A stretch of DNA of 39,401 nucleotides from an uncultured Muribaculaceae bacterium (GCA_964644125.1 CAZXVE010000001.1:1-39401), one strand, 5' to 3'; shown: positions 27,713 to 37,785, counted from the stretch's first letter. The notes: generated from the letters alone by a model not told the origin. Program-made: numbers and translations.

Positions 27713-28858
27713 ATGAAAAAGATTATTGTATTCATAGCTTTGGTATTGTTTCAGCTGACTTTGTCGGCTCAAGGCACGCCTCAGGAGAAATATATTCAGA
27801 AATGGGCTCCGACGGCGGTTAGGGAAATGTACCGCAGCGGTGTGCCGGCCAGCATTACTTTGGCGCAAGGTATTCTTGAATCACGTTACGGCTTGTCGCC
27901 CTTGGCTGTCGAGGGCAACAACCACTTCGGAATCAAATGCCACAAGGACTGGAAGGGCAAGTCCATGCGCTACGATGACGATGCAAAGGGGGAGTGCTTC
28001 CGCGTCTATGACTCTGCGGAAGAGTCGTTTCAGGATCACTCTGATTTTCTGCGTTACAGGGACCGGTACAAGTCCCTCTTCGAATTGAAGACAACCGACT
28101 ACAAGGGCTGGGCTTACGGATTGAAGAAGGCCGGCTATGCCACGGACCCAAATTATCCGGTCAAACTCATCAAGTACATAGAGGACTACAAGCTTTATGA
28201 ATATGACACCATGACTTCGGATGAGTCTGAGCGTCTTGAAGATGTTGCGGAGAAAAACGTGGATGCTGCTTCCGATGCTTCCTCAGTGAAGAATCCTGAG
28301 AAGAACGAGGTTTCGGAGAAGACGAACGTTCCTGTCAGGAAAGAAAAGTCTTCCAGAACAAGGAAGAATCGCAGATCCAAAAAGACGCAGGTGAAGGAAC
28401 GGTCTGATTCTGATGTTATTCCGGCATCTCCTCTGTCTTTGGAGGAGCCGAGGAAGATAGAAGCTGGCGGTCATGAGGTGTTCAGCTTTTCGTTGACAAG
28501 GGAGGCATATTCCCGCAACGGGGTTCCTTTCATCACTTCGGTGGAAGGGGAGACATATTCAAGCATTGCTCAGTCTTACAATTTGTATTTGAATGAATTG
28601 CTGAAATTTAACGATTTGTCCGTTTCTGAAGAACTTCTTCCAGGTACTGTTGTCTATCTTCAGGCAAAGAAGAATCAGTCTGAAAAGGGCCTTGACAAGT
28701 ACATAGTTGGCGAGGACGGTGAGAGTCTGAGGGACATCTGCCAGCGTTTTGCCGTCAAGATGTCCAGCGTTATGAAGATGAACGGATTTACGTCTGCTTA
28801 TGAACTTCGCGAAGGCGACACTGTCATCCTCCGCGGCAAGAAAACGAAGAAGAAATGA
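27713..28858 (+). CDS. GH73 glucosaminidase with C-terminal LysM domains (peptidoglycan hydrolase)
   Basis: Signal peptide; PASITLAQGILES, NNHFGIKC, GYATDPNY; LysM-like GETYSSIA..LLKFN and GESLRDICQRF..MKMN. Confidence 0.92.
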   Translation: MKKIIVFIALVLFQLTLSAQGTPQEKYIQKWAPTAVREMYRSGVPASITLAQGILESRYGLSPLAVEGNNHFGIKCHKDWKGKSMRYDDDAKGECFRVYDSAEESFQDHSDFLRYRDRYKSLFELKTTDYKGWAYGLKKAGYATDPNYPVKLIKYIEDYKLYEYDTMTSDESERLEDVAEKNVDAASDASSVKNPEKNEVSEKTNVPVRKEKSSRTRKNRRSKKTQVKERSDSDVIPASPLSLEEPRKIEAGGHEVFSFSLTREAYSRNGVPFITSVEGETYSSIAQSYNLYLNELLKFNDLSVSEELLPGTVVYLQAKKNQSEKGLDKYIVGEDGESLRDICQRFAVKMSSVMKMNGFTSAYELREGDTVILRGKKTKKK

Positions 28859-29877
28859 AGACTTGGAAATTGATTGTTCTGGCCGTATCATTGGTCATTG
28901 TCGTGATTGGAGGAGCTGTCGGTGGCCGCTGGTACGCTGACAACCGCAAGCCGAACTTCACTGGAAATGTTGACCTGTACGTTCTGCCGCAGATGACAAC
29001 AGATGAGGTCCTGGTACAGATTCCGGACAACCTTGTCATCAACCATCGCAGTTTGCTCCGTGTCATGAGAAGGGAATTTTTAGATGGCGGTTTGCAGCCG
29101 GGACATTATCTTGTGGAGAAAAACAAGCCGAGCATCTATGTTGCAAGGATGCTGAAATTCGGTTGGCAATCACCCGTGAATCTGGTGCTTTCCGGTACGA
29201 TGAGGCTCAAGGACAAGATCGCGTGCAAGATTGGCCGGCAGATGATGCTCGATTCCGCGGAAGTTGCCAGCGCACTGAATGACTCCGCCATGCTTGCACA
29301 TTATGGTTTCACTCCCGAAGATGTGTTTTCATTGATTATTCCTGATACCTATCAGATTTACTGGACCGCATCGATGGAGGATCTCCTGGACAAATTGAAA
29401 GCTGCCTACGATGCCTTCTGGACTCCCGGGAATCTTGCCAAGGCTGAAGCTCTTGACCTTACTCCGAAACAGGTTTCGATCGTGGCCTCCATCGTGAAAT
29501 GCGAGTCAAACTATGTCCCGGAATATCCTTCCATTGCAGGCGTGTACTTGAACCGTTTGCGTCTGGGCATGAGACTTCAGGCTGACCCTACCGTGGCATT
29601 TTGTTATGGATTCAAACTTAACAGGATTCTGTTCAAGCATTTGGAGTATGATTCACCCTACAATACCTATCTTCATGAGGGCCTTCCTCCGGGACCGATA
29701 TGTGTTCCAGACAAGCCAAGTCTTGAGGCTGTGCTGAATCCTGACCGTCATGACTACCTTTATTTCTGTGCAAGCGCTGCGCTGGATGGTACGCACAGGT
29801 TCGCTTCGACTTTATCGGAGCATAACCGTAATGCAAGGGAGTTCCAAAGAGCTCTTGATGCATCCGGATCAAAATAA
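28855..29877 (+). CDS. mltG: Endolytic transglycosylase MltG (YceG)
   Basis: N-terminal TM; ASIVKCE, VYLNRLRLGMRLQADPT, SPYNTY..GLPPGPI, YLYF. Confidence 0.94.
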   Translation: MKTWKLIVLAVSLVIVVIGGAVGGRWYADNRKPNFTGNVDLYVLPQMTTDEVLVQIPDNLVINHRSLLRVMRREFLDGGLQPGHYLVEKNKPSIYVARMLKFGWQSPVNLVLSGTMRLKDKIACKIGRQMMLDSAEVASALNDSAMLAHYGFTPEDVFSLIIPDTYQIYWTASMEDLLDKLKAAYDAFWTPGNLAKAEALDLTPKQVSIVASIVKCESNYVPEYPSIAGVYLNRLRLGMRLQADPTVAFCYGFKLNRILFKHLEYDSPYNTYLHEGLPPGPICVPDKPSLEAVLNPDRHDYLYFCASAALDGTHRFASTLSEHNRNAREFQRALDASGSK

Positions 29878-29904
29878 AGTTTTTGATATGGTATGACAAG
29901 ATAT

Positions 29905-29971
29905 GATATGAGAAAAACAGATTCTCAATTTTTGGTAACGTGCAAAAATTGAGAATCTGTTTTTTCATATC
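29905..29971. repeat. Long AT-rich inverted repeat between convergent mltG and serpin genes
   Basis: GATATGAGAAAAACAGATTCTCAATTTTTG, an 8-nt spacer, then CAAAAATTGAGAATCTGTTTTTTCATATC; arms differ by one indel. Confidence 0.85.
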
Positions 29972-30029
29972 TTATTCCATTGTCAAGAATAAGGGATATG
30001 TATAAGTTCCGGTCTCTTCAGCCGGCATT

Positions 30030-31310
30030 TTAAATCTCGCTGCCGGTGAACTGACCTATGAAATAGATTGCTCCTGTACTTGACTCACTGATGAGATAAA
30101 CGAACGGCCTGTCCGCATGGAATTCAACTTCGCGTGGCTCTGGATCTAGTGCAGTCAGCGTCATTATGGCTGCAGTAACGGCAGCTGCCTTTGTGCCTTC
30201 TTCGCTGACTTCTATCTTTGCCTTCTGAAGCATTTTTGAAACGAACACATTGCCGTCAGCCAGTGATGAGAAGTCCGCGGATGACTGGAACATCGTCGGC
30301 GCACCGAGACTTGAGATGACATCGTTAAGCGGCAGCTCAACTTCAGTAGTGAACTTCGGAAGCTTGAGGTCCACTTTGCAGTTCTCCATCTCCCGCCCAA
30401 GATTGGAAAGCTCTTTTGCACTGAGTACCTTCATCATGTCCTGAATGGACTTGTCTTGATCAGGCAGGAGTACAGTCATGGCGAATGTCCCGTTGCCGTA
30501 TGGAATCCTTACTGCGGAGTACGTCTTGTTGGACGTGTAAGAATATTCATCTTTCCTGTGCATCATCTTGACTTTCTTTATGTCACGTGTGTAGCCCTGG
30601 AATCTTTCTTCCTTGGTTTCCTTTCCGCTGAACTTTTCTGACCAGGTTCCTTTGAAATAGATGGCGTTCATAAGGTAGGCTGCCGCGCTTGGATCCACAT
30701 TGTCTATCATCCTCGGAATCATTCCGTCTGTGTGCTTTGAGCACCATCCGTTGATGGCATCGAGGCTTTTACCGGATGAAAAATCAAGGTTTTCTATTTC
30801 TGCCCTGAATGCGTCTCTGACGCATTTCGCATATTCATCTTTGATTGCAAAGTCTTTGTTTACCGCCACGTAGTCCGCTATGCTGACCGTAGTGGAAGGG
30901 TCGAGACATCCGGCGCTTCTGACCAGATACCCGTACAAGGAGTTGATTTCATTCATGGATGCTCCGGTCCAGCCAAGCGTGTTGAGTATTTCATGACGTG
31001 TCGTGCCCTCAGCTCCGTTGGCCAGCATGCTCATGAGCCCGGTTACGCTGAGAGGCGAAACTACTTTCGAATCCATTCCGGAGACCTTGTTGAAAAGGTT
31101 GAGGGCGAAAGTGTTGTTCTTCCTGATCAGTTCCCTTTGGCTGTCCGTCAGAGTAAAGTCCGTGCCGTCAATGTTTCCCATGTTTTTCATTTCATCTTCT
31201 GTGTTGGTTTGTCCGTTGTCATCCATTGTACTCTTCTTCGCGGTGCCGCAAGACATCAGCGTTGCCGCTACAATCCCCGAAAGCATGATTGCCTTTGTTG
31301 TATGTTTCAT
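30030..31310 (-). CDS. Serpin family lipoprotein (serine protease inhibitor), 426 aa
   Basis: Lipobox LMS-C; NTFALNLF, VSPLSV, INGWCSKHTDGMI, NAIYFKGTW, LPKF; hinge EEGTKAAAVT; FHADRPF. True start ATG 31310; the 665-aa ORF-track call is over-extended. Confidence 0.95.
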   Translation of the reverse strand: MKHTTKAIMLSGIVAATLMSCGTAKKSTMDDNGQTNTEDEMKNMGNIDGTDFTLTDSQRELIRKNNTFALNLFNKVSGMDSKVVSPLSVTGLMSMLANGAEGTTRHEILNTLGWTGASMNEINSLYGYLVRSAGCLDPSTTVSIADYVAVNKDFAIKDEYAKCVRDAFRAEIENLDFSSGKSLDAINGWCSKHTDGMIPRMIDNVDPSAAAYLMNAIYFKGTWSEKFSGKETKEERFQGYTRDIKKVKMMHRKDEYSYTSNKTYSAVRIPYGNGTFAMTVLLPDQDKSIQDMMKVLSAKELSNLGREMENCKVDLKLPKFTTEVELPLNDVISSLGAPTMFQSSADFSSLADGNVFVSKMLQKAKIEVSEEGTKAAAVTAAIMTLTALDPEPREVEFHADRPFVYLISESSTGAIYFIGQFTGSEI

Positions 31311-31511
31311 GGTTTCTGTTGTGTTTTTTTCTACGTCAGGCAGGCAATTGCCTTCAGCTGAAATGTCCATTGAAAACGTCGATTGCCCTCCGTTGCTGCT
31401 CCAGCAATTCTCAAAACCCCGCAATAACCATTCCTTGCATGCCCGGAACCTGCTTTTTGTTTTTTTTGACGTATATTTGCGTGCGGAAATAATATGTTTG
31501 TCAGGAAGGAA

Positions 31512-32048
31512 ATGTTTTACGTCAGCGAGATAATGCACACGGCTCCGGAGAAGTTCTCCACTCCGTTGCAGAGACAGGTCTATGAGACTTTCGACAGGTT
31601 GGGAATCCGGTTTGAGAGGGTTGACACGGATCCTGGTATCACGATGGAGGATTGTCAGAACATCAATGCCGGACTCGGTGGCCGGATAGTCAAAAGCATA
31701 TTCCTGTGCAACAGACAGCAAACCAAGTTTTACCTTTATGTGACAAGAGATGACAAGCCGTTCGTTACAAAGGACTTCGGTCAAGCTCTTGGCATTCCGA
31801 GGGTGTCTTTCGCTTCTGCCGGGAAACTTTTGGAGATTGCCGGGACGGAGCATGGCGCGACCACAGTTCTGAGCGCATGCCTGGATTCTGCCAGGGATGT
31901 TACTTTTGTGATTGACGGTGAGGTCCTGGAAGGAGATTATTACTGCTGCTCGGACGGTACTGTCGGATGCTTCATTAAAATCAAGGTGTCTGATCTTCTT
32001 GATGTTTTCATGCCGGCCTGCGGACATGAGCCTGTCATAATCCGGTAA
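31512..32048 (+). CDS. YbaK/ProX family aminoacyl-tRNA editing protein
   Basis: KSIFLCNRQ.TKFYL, KPF.TK, RVSFAS; TATATTTG -7 box at 31472-31479. Start is 31512 or 31494. Confidence 0.82.
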   Translation: MFYVSEIMHTAPEKFSTPLQRQVYETFDRLGIRFERVDTDPGITMEDCQNINAGLGGRIVKSIFLCNRQQTKFYLYVTRDDKPFVTKDFGQALGIPRVSFASAGKLLEIAGTEHGATTVLSACLDSARDVTFVIDGEVLEGDYYCCSDGTVGCFIKIKVSDLLDVFMPACGHEPVIIR

Positions 32049-32078
32049 TGGTCCGGTTGACGGAAAGTTTCGGATTGC

Positions 32079-33101
32079 CTATTCCATCCATCCCTCCGGA
32101 AACTGCATGGTGACACAATGGAGTCCACCGTGTCCGGAAAGAAGAGGCCTGCAGTCGATGATTATGACCTCTCTGTCAGGAAACACATCCTGAAGTCTTT
32201 TACGGACAACTTCGTCCAGTTGTGAACTTGTACCTGGTACCAGGATGGCTCCGTTGATTATCAGGAAGTTGACATAAGATGCAGGAAGCGGGTAGTCATC
32301 CAGGAACATTTGTTCAGGTTTCGGAAGCGGGACGAGCCTGTAAGGTTTGCCGCTCAGAGTTCTGAAGGATTGAAGCTGCGCTTCCATATTCATCAATGAT
32401 TCATAGTCAGGGTCTTCCTGATTGTCTGCTTTCAGGTAGGCAATCGTTTCCGGATTGCAGAAACGGGCAAGGATGTCGATGTGGCTGTCAGTGTCGTCGC
32501 CGGAAAGGCTGCCGCTGTCCACCCAAAGAATGCGTTTCAGACCGAACGCCTGTTTGAGCTCTCCTTCTATTTCTTCCTGAGAGAGATATTCGTTTCTGTT
32601 GTCGCTGCAAAGACATTCAGAAGTCGCCATCAGAGTCCCTTCTCCATCGGTGTCGATGCTTCCTCCTTCCAGGACGAACGGCCGCATGTCCACGCACATC
32701 ACATCATCGGAGAAAGCCCTGTCAAAGAATATCTTTCTGGTGATTCCATTATCGAAGTTGGATGCGAATTTGAGGCCCCATCCGTTGAAGACGAAGTCGT
32801 AGAGGTACTTTTCTCCGTTGTCACCATAAACTGCCATTCCGCCATGGTCACGGGCCCATGTGTCGTTGATCGGGCACTCATGGAAGCTGATTCCGGCAGT
32901 GTTCACTCCGAGTTCGGAAAGTCTTCTTGCTGCGGTTTCCCTGTCCGCAGTCACCAGCAGCACTTTCTCGAAGCGAAGGATTGTGGAAATGATTCGTCCG
33001 TAGCATTCCTGGACTTTTTCAAGTTCGTACCAAGGTGTGGTTCCGTCCGGCCAGGTGAGCATCACCCCGCTCTGTCTTTCCCATTCTGCAGGCAGTCTCA
33101 T
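32079..33101 (-). CDS. aguA: Agmatine deiminase (PAD_porph family)
   Basis: MRLPAEWE, DTWARDHG, FNGWG, LEGGSIDTDG, DDTDSHID, ASYVNF, GGLHCVT (catalytic Cys). Start moved to ATG 33101. Confidence 0.93.
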   Translation of the reverse strand: MRLPAEWERQSGVMLTWPDGTTPWYELEKVQECYGRIISTILRFEKVLLVTADRETAARRLSELGVNTAGISFHECPINDTWARDHGGMAVYGDNGEKYLYDFVFNGWGLKFASNFDNGITRKIFFDRAFSDDVMCVDMRPFVLEGGSIDTDGEGTLMATSECLCSDNRNEYLSQEEIEGELKQAFGLKRILWVDSGSLSGDDTDSHIDILARFCNPETIAYLKADNQEDPDYESLMNMEAQLQSFRTLSGKPYRLVPLPKPEQMFLDDYPLPASYVNFLIINGAILVPGTSSQLDEVVRKRLQDVFPDREVIIIDCRPLLSGHGGLHCVTMQFPEGWME

Positions 33102-33124
33102 GTTTGTTTGATGTTTATTATCTG

Positions 33125-33144
33125 CAAAGATATTGTTATTTTTG
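33125..33144. promoter_or_regulatory. Back-to-back divergent -7 elements for aguA (minus) and uvrB (plus)
   Basis: CAAAGATA at 33125-33132 (TATCTTTG on minus) and TATTTTTG at 33137-33144. Confidence 0.6.
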
Positions 33145-33195
33145 TGAACTGCGAAGAGGAAATGTCTTCCTTGCGGAGGAGAAAGAGTCGGGGCA

Positions 33196-35376
33196 ATGAA
33201 ATTTCGTCTGGAATCATCATACAAGCCTTCCGGAGACCAACCGGGAGCGATAGAAGGGCTTTGCTCCGCTTTGGGGCAGGGGGTCGCTGACGTGACGCTG
33301 CTGGGAGTGACAGGATCCGGCAAGACGTTCACTATGGCCAATGTCATTGAGAAACTTCAGCGTCCGGCCTTGATACTCAGCCACAACAAGACTCTTGCAG
33401 CCCAGCTTTACGGGGAGTTCAAGAGTTTCTTTCCGTCCAATGCCGTTGAATATTTTGTCTCCTACTACGACTATTACCAGCCGGAGGCCTACCTGCCGAC
33501 GACCGACACCTACATAGAGAAGGACCTCAGCATCAATGATCAGATTGACAAATTGCGCCTCAGTGCCGCTTCGGCGTTGATGTCCGGACGGAGGGACGTG
33601 ATTGTGGTCTCAAGCGTTTCATGTCTTTACGGCATAGGCAACCCGGAGGACTTCCATGCGCAGTCCGTAGTTGTCAGAAAAGGGGAGCAGCGCAGTCTGA
33701 CACGCCTGCTTTACCATCTTGTCGATGCCAACTACAGCAGAACCGAAGTGGATTTCAAAAGAGGTACGTTCAGGGTTCGTGGAGACACAGTCGATGTGTT
33801 TCTCGGAGGATCCGATGAGGCGGTGCGCATAGAATTCTTTGGTGATGAGGTGGATTCCCTTTCTCTTATTGATCCTGTGACCGGCGCGCACATCGAATCT
33901 CTGGACGAGGTGCCGATTTTCCCGGCTACCAATTTCGTCACGACACGCGAACGCAGCTTCAAGGCAGTGAGCATGATTCAGGACGATCTCAAAAAACAGA
34001 TCGACTATTTCAATGATATCGGCAAAGGATTGGAAGCCAAGCGACTGCAGCAAAGAGTCGAGAACGATCTCGAAATGATCAAGGAGATGGGCTATTGTCC
34101 CGGCATCGAGAACTACTCACGTTATCTTGACGGCCGTCAGCCCGGTCAAAGGCCGTTTTGCCTCATAGACTATTTTCCTAAGGACTTTATCACCTTCATC
34201 GATGAGAGTCACGTCACGATTCCGCAGATCCGGGCAATGTACGGTGGCGACCATGCGCGCAAGTCCGTTCTCATTGAATATGGCTTCCGCCTTCCTGCCG
34301 CTTCCGACAACCGGCCTCTGACCTTCGATGAATTCAACTCGATTACCGGCCAGAAGGTTTATGTCAGTGCCACGCCGTCGGACTATGAACTGGAGCGTTC
34401 GGACGGCCTTGTGGTTGAGCAGGTAGTCAGGCCGACAGGCCTTCTGGATCCTCCTATTGAAGTTCGGCCTACAAAAAATCAAGTCGATGACCTTGTGGAA
34501 GAGATTCGGAAGAGGGCGGAGAAAGATGAAAGGGTTCTGGTCACGACTCTGACCAAGAGAATGGCTGAGGAATTGACAGACTATCTGGACAAGATTGACA
34601 TCCGCGTGCGCTATATCCATTCCGATGTCGATACCGGAGAACGTGTCGAAATCATTGAGGATTTCAAGAACGGGCTTTTTGATGTGCTGGTCGGTGTTAA
34701 CCTTCTGCGTGAAGGCCTGGATATTCCTACAGTGTCGTTGGTAGCCATTCTGGATGCTGACAAGGAAGGCTTCCTGCGCTCCGGAAGGGCTTTGACCCAG
34801 ACGGCCGGCCGTGCGGCGAGAAATGTCAACGGTCTTGTGATAATGTATGCCGATGTAGTCACCGAGTCGATGGAACAGACCATCCGTGAGACCAACCGGC
34901 GCAGAACGAAGCAGATTGAATACAACAAACTTCACCACATCACTCCGAAGCAGGTTGAGGTGAAAAGGAATATCCTCGCGTCGGAACTTTACGGAGAGTC
35001 CGTGAAGACAGTGAATCCTCGTGTCAAGAACGGTCCAAGCGGAAGAGTCAGCGCTGCGGATTCGGTCTCCGATCCGACCTATATTCCTGATCCGAGTGAT
35101 CTTGGAAGAGGTACTGTTTCCGTCGGGCTCGGACATGATTCGAAGAGGGAAGGGAACACTGCCTATGTGGACGGCTTTGTCAAGGCTGATCTTGCCGCCG
35201 TGCTTCAGGATCCCGTAATCCGTTCGATGAGCCGTGAGCAGATTCAAAAGACCATTGCCGAGGACAAGCGGCGTATGGAGAAATCAGCCGCCAGCCTTGA
35301 TTTTTCCGAAGCCGCCCGCTACCGCGATGAAATGTGGGCTCTTCAGGAGTACCTCAAGGTCTGGAAGGATCAGTAA
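33196..35376 (+). CDS. uvrB: Excinuclease ABC subunit B
   Basis: [17 protein letters not shown], beta-hairpin [32 protein letters not shown]-terminal UVR domain. Confidence 0.98.
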   Translation: MKFRLESSYKPSGDQPGAIEGLCSALGQGVADVTLLGVTGSGKTFTMANVIEKLQRPALILSHNKTLAAQLYGEFKSFFPSNAVEYFVSYYDYYQPEAYLPTTDTYIEKDLSINDQIDKLRLSAASALMSGRRDVIVVSSVSCLYGIGNPEDFHAQSVVVRKGEQRSLTRLLYHLVDANYSRTEVDFKRGTFRVRGDTVDVFLGGSDEAVRIEFFGDEVDSLSLIDPVTGAHIESLDEVPIFPATNFVTTRERSFKAVSMIQDDLKKQIDYFNDIGKGLEAKRLQQRVENDLEMIKEMGYCPGIENYSRYLDGRQPGQRPFCLIDYFPKDFITFIDESHVTIPQIRAMYGGDHARKSVLIEYGFRLPAASDNRPLTFDEFNSITGQKVYVSATPSDYELERSDGLVVEQVVRPTGLLDPPIEVRPTKNQVDDLVEEIRKRAEKDERVLVTTLTKRMAEELTDYLDKIDIRVRYIHSDVDTGERVEIIEDFKNGLFDVLVGVNLLREGLDIPTVSLVAILDADKEGFLRSGRALTQTAGRAARNVNGLVIMYADVVTESMEQTIRETNRRRTKQIEYNKLHHITPKQVEVKRNILASELYGESVKTVNPRVKNGPSGRVSAADSVSDPTYIPDPSDLGRGTVSVGLGHDSKREGNTAYVDGFVKADLAAVLQDPVIRSMSREQIQKTIAEDKRRMEKSAASLDFSEAARYRDEMWALQEYLKVWKDQ

Positions 35377-35436
35377 CGTAAACTGGACCAGCGCATGGAG
35401 CACCCGGCATTGATGATGCCGGTCTGCAGGATCCGG

Positions 35437-37596
35437 TTACACTCTGGTTACTTTTGTGACATGCTTCAGCAGCCTGATCTGGGAGATGACTTTGTCGAGT
35501 TCCGTGTTGGACGGCACGGAAATGCGCAGAGTTATCTCGTAGGTACCGTTTCTCCTGTTCTCGTTGACATTGAAGGTCCTGAGGGATGCCTTGAAAGTGT
35601 TCACGATTTCGGTGATCTGACCGATTACGGAAGATTCCATTCCGGCCACAATCTTCAATGAACTCTGGAAACTGCCGCCGGCAGGAGATTCCGCCCATTT
35701 CACTTTCTGAATCCTGTACGGATAGGTGCTGATGAGACGTGCCGCGTTCGGACAGGAGATTCTGTGGATCTTGATGCCTTCCGTCCTGGTCACAAATCCG
35801 AACACATCGTCTCCGAATACCGGATGGCAGCACTTGGACATCTTGTAGTCCAGCCCTTTGAGATCACGTGCATTCAGCACAAGGATGTCATCAGAGGAAT
35901 GCTTGCTTCCCCAGTCTGTTGTCCTGTTCTCCATCCTTTCGGCTCCTGCTTCCCTGGCCGCCTCCACGGCTTCGGCAACCAGCCTGTCCCTGTCAAGGAT
36001 GTAGTTCTTGACATCATTCACGTCAATCTCTCCGTCCGTGATGGCAGCGTAGAACGAGTTGAGAGTAGCGTACTTGAATTTCTTCAGAAGTTCAGCGAGA
36101 ATTTCGTCCGGAAGTTCCATCTTCCAGTTCTTCAGGCGCCTTCCCAGAAGTTCCTTGCCCTGGGCCGCTTTTTTGTATTCCTCCTCATTGAGCTCCTGCT
36201 TGATGCGGTTGCGGGCTTTTGACGTGACAACGTAGTTCAGCCAGTCCGAAGATGGCTTCTGGTTCTTGCCTGACATTATGTCCACTACATCTCCAGTCTT
36301 CAGTTTCTCTCTGATGGACACCGCTTTGCCATTGATGCGTCCACCGGCGCAACGGACTCCGAGCCCGGAATGAATGTTGAAGGCAAAATCCAGGACTGTC
36401 GCACCTGCCGGCAGGATTCTGAGTTCTCCTGAAGGAGTGAACACGAAGATTTCCTTGGATGGAGGCTGCGGCAGTTCCTCCGGGTCCGCCTCCTGAGGAT
36501 GCTCAAGAGCATAGCGCACGGATGTCAGCCATTTGTCCAGCTGCGCTTCGTGCTTGATGCCCTTGTAGGACCAATGGGAAGCCTGGCCGTTTTCGGCCTC
36601 GTCATCCATCCTTACGGTTCTGATCTGGACTTCCAGATAGGCCCCGCTCTTGTTTTTGACCGTTATGTGCAGGGATTCATAGCCGTTGGGCTTGGGGTTT
36701 GTGACCCAATCGCGCAGGCGCTTGGTGTCAGCTTCATATTCCTCTGTCACATACGAATAGACTTTCCAGCACAAGTCCTTTTCCGTCTTTGAATCAGGCT
36801 CGCAGTCAATGATGAAACGGATGGCGAAGACATCATAGACTCCCTCGAAAGGAACTTTCTGCTTCTGCATTTTCCTCCAGATTGAATATGCTGTCTTTGT
36901 CCTGATCTTCAACTTGTAGTGGATTCCGTCATCGGACAGGGTCTTTTTGAGTGGCTCGATGAACTCCTCCGTCAGCCGTATGCGGTCTCTCTCTGTGGCC
37001 TTCAGCTTGTTGGTGATGGCGCGGTACTGTTCCGGCTCGGCGAAGCGGAAGTAGATGTCCTCCATCTCGCTTTTGATGTTGTAGAGACCGAGCTGATGGG
37101 CAAGAGGAATGTAAAGCATGAGGGTTTCAAGAATTTTCTTCTCCCTGGACGCTTTAGGGAAAAATTCCAGATGGCGCATGACTTCCAGCCGGTCGGCGAT
37201 TTTCAACACGGTGACTCGCGGATCGGTGGAATACTGGACAATCAGTTTCTTGTAGCTCTCGGCTTCCAGCCTTGTGTCCTTGGGCTTGATCGTTGCAATC
37301 TTGTTCAGCCCTTCAACCATCGTGTACACGTCCTTCGGAAAACCGAGCTTGGTCAGATCCGTCTCCGCCGGATGCTTCCTTGTCGCCTCGTGCAGGAATA
37401 CGGCGGCTACGCAGTCTGCGGGAAGGCCGAGCTCATCCGCTGCGATCAGCGCAACATTCATAGGGTGCTCTATGAAAGGGACCCCATTGCCTCGTATCTC
37501 ACCGGCCAAAGCCTTTTCCGCGATGGTGTACGCCTTGTCGACGAGAGCTTGCCCGGCCTCGTCGTACTGTGGAAATCTTTGCTGAATTATGCCCAT
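35437..37596 (-). CDS. relA: Long RelA/SpoT homologue ((p)ppGpp synthetase; HD-SYNTH-TGS-ZFD-ACT) with degenerate hydrolase motif
   Basis: PLAHQLG, YDVFAIR, PKPNGYESLH, EVQIRT, TGS GATVLDFAF, CCHPVFGD; FLHE replaces LHD. Start ATG 37596 is supported by a TATATTTG box at 37618-37625 (minus). Confidence 0.92.
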   Translation of the reverse strand: MGIIQQRFPQYDEAGQALVDKAYTIAEKALAGEIRGNGVPFIEHPMNVALIAADELGLPADCVAAVFLHEATRKHPAETDLTKLGFPKDVYTMVEGLNKIATIKPKDTRLEAESYKKLIVQYSTDPRVTVLKIADRLEVMRHLEFFPKASREKKILETLMLYIPLAHQLGLYNIKSEMEDIYFRFAEPEQYRAITNKLKATERDRIRLTEEFIEPLKKTLSDDGIHYKLKIRTKTAYSIWRKMQKQKVPFEGVYDVFAIRFIIDCEPDSKTEKDLCWKVYSYVTEEYEADTKRLRDWVTNPKPNGYESLHITVKNKSGAYLEVQIRTVRMDDEAENGQASHWSYKGIKHEAQLDKWLTSVRYALEHPQEADPEELPQPPSKEIFVFTPSGELRILPAGATVLDFAFNIHSGLGVRCAGGRINGKAVSIREKLKTGDVVDIMSGKNQKPSSDWLNYVVTSKARNRIKQELNEEEYKKAAQGKELLGRRLKNWKMELPDEILAELLKKFKYATLNSFYAAITDGEIDVNDVKNYILDRDRLVAEAVEAAREAGAERMENRTTDWGSKHSSDDILVLNARDLKGLDYKMSKCCHPVFGDDVFGFVTRTEGIKIHRISCPNAARLISTYPYRIQKVKWAESPAGGSFQSSLKIVAGMESSVIGQITEIVNTFKASLRTFNVNENRRNGTYEITLRISVPSNTELDKVISQIRLLKHVTKVTRV

Positions 37597-37777
37597 AGCG
37601 TTCAATTTTAATCCCTTCAAATATATTTATTTTTCTTTGGATTCTCACTATCTACCTTCCTTTTAAGTGGTCGCTGCGGCTCTTTAAATTGTTTTTATCT
37701 CAGATTCTTTTCTGAATATGCCGCCGTCCGCCGTCAGTCCTTTTCCCGGAGAGCCACCCGTTTCCCCGTTTTTTTGC

Positions 37778-37785
37778 TATCTTTG
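37778..37785 (+). promoter_or_regulatory. -7 promoter element about 200 nt upstream of aguB
   Basis: TATCTTTG; the only TAnnTTTG match I found on the plus strand in this intergenic region. Confidence 0.55.

Noticed and set aside
31311..32027. Apparent 239-aa N-terminal extension giving a 665-aa serpin fusion
   Set aside because: It is the antisense shadow of the ProX/YbaK gene plus intergenic DNA; the lipoprotein signal peptide begins at ATG 31310.
32481..33347. 269-aa plus-strand ORF and the 82-aa N-terminal extension of aguA
   Set aside because: These overlap aguA or uvrB in antisense. The family start MRLPAEWE and the -7 box place the aguA start at 33101.
34117..35247. 376-aa minus-strand ORF
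   Set aside because: Antisense shadow of uvrB.
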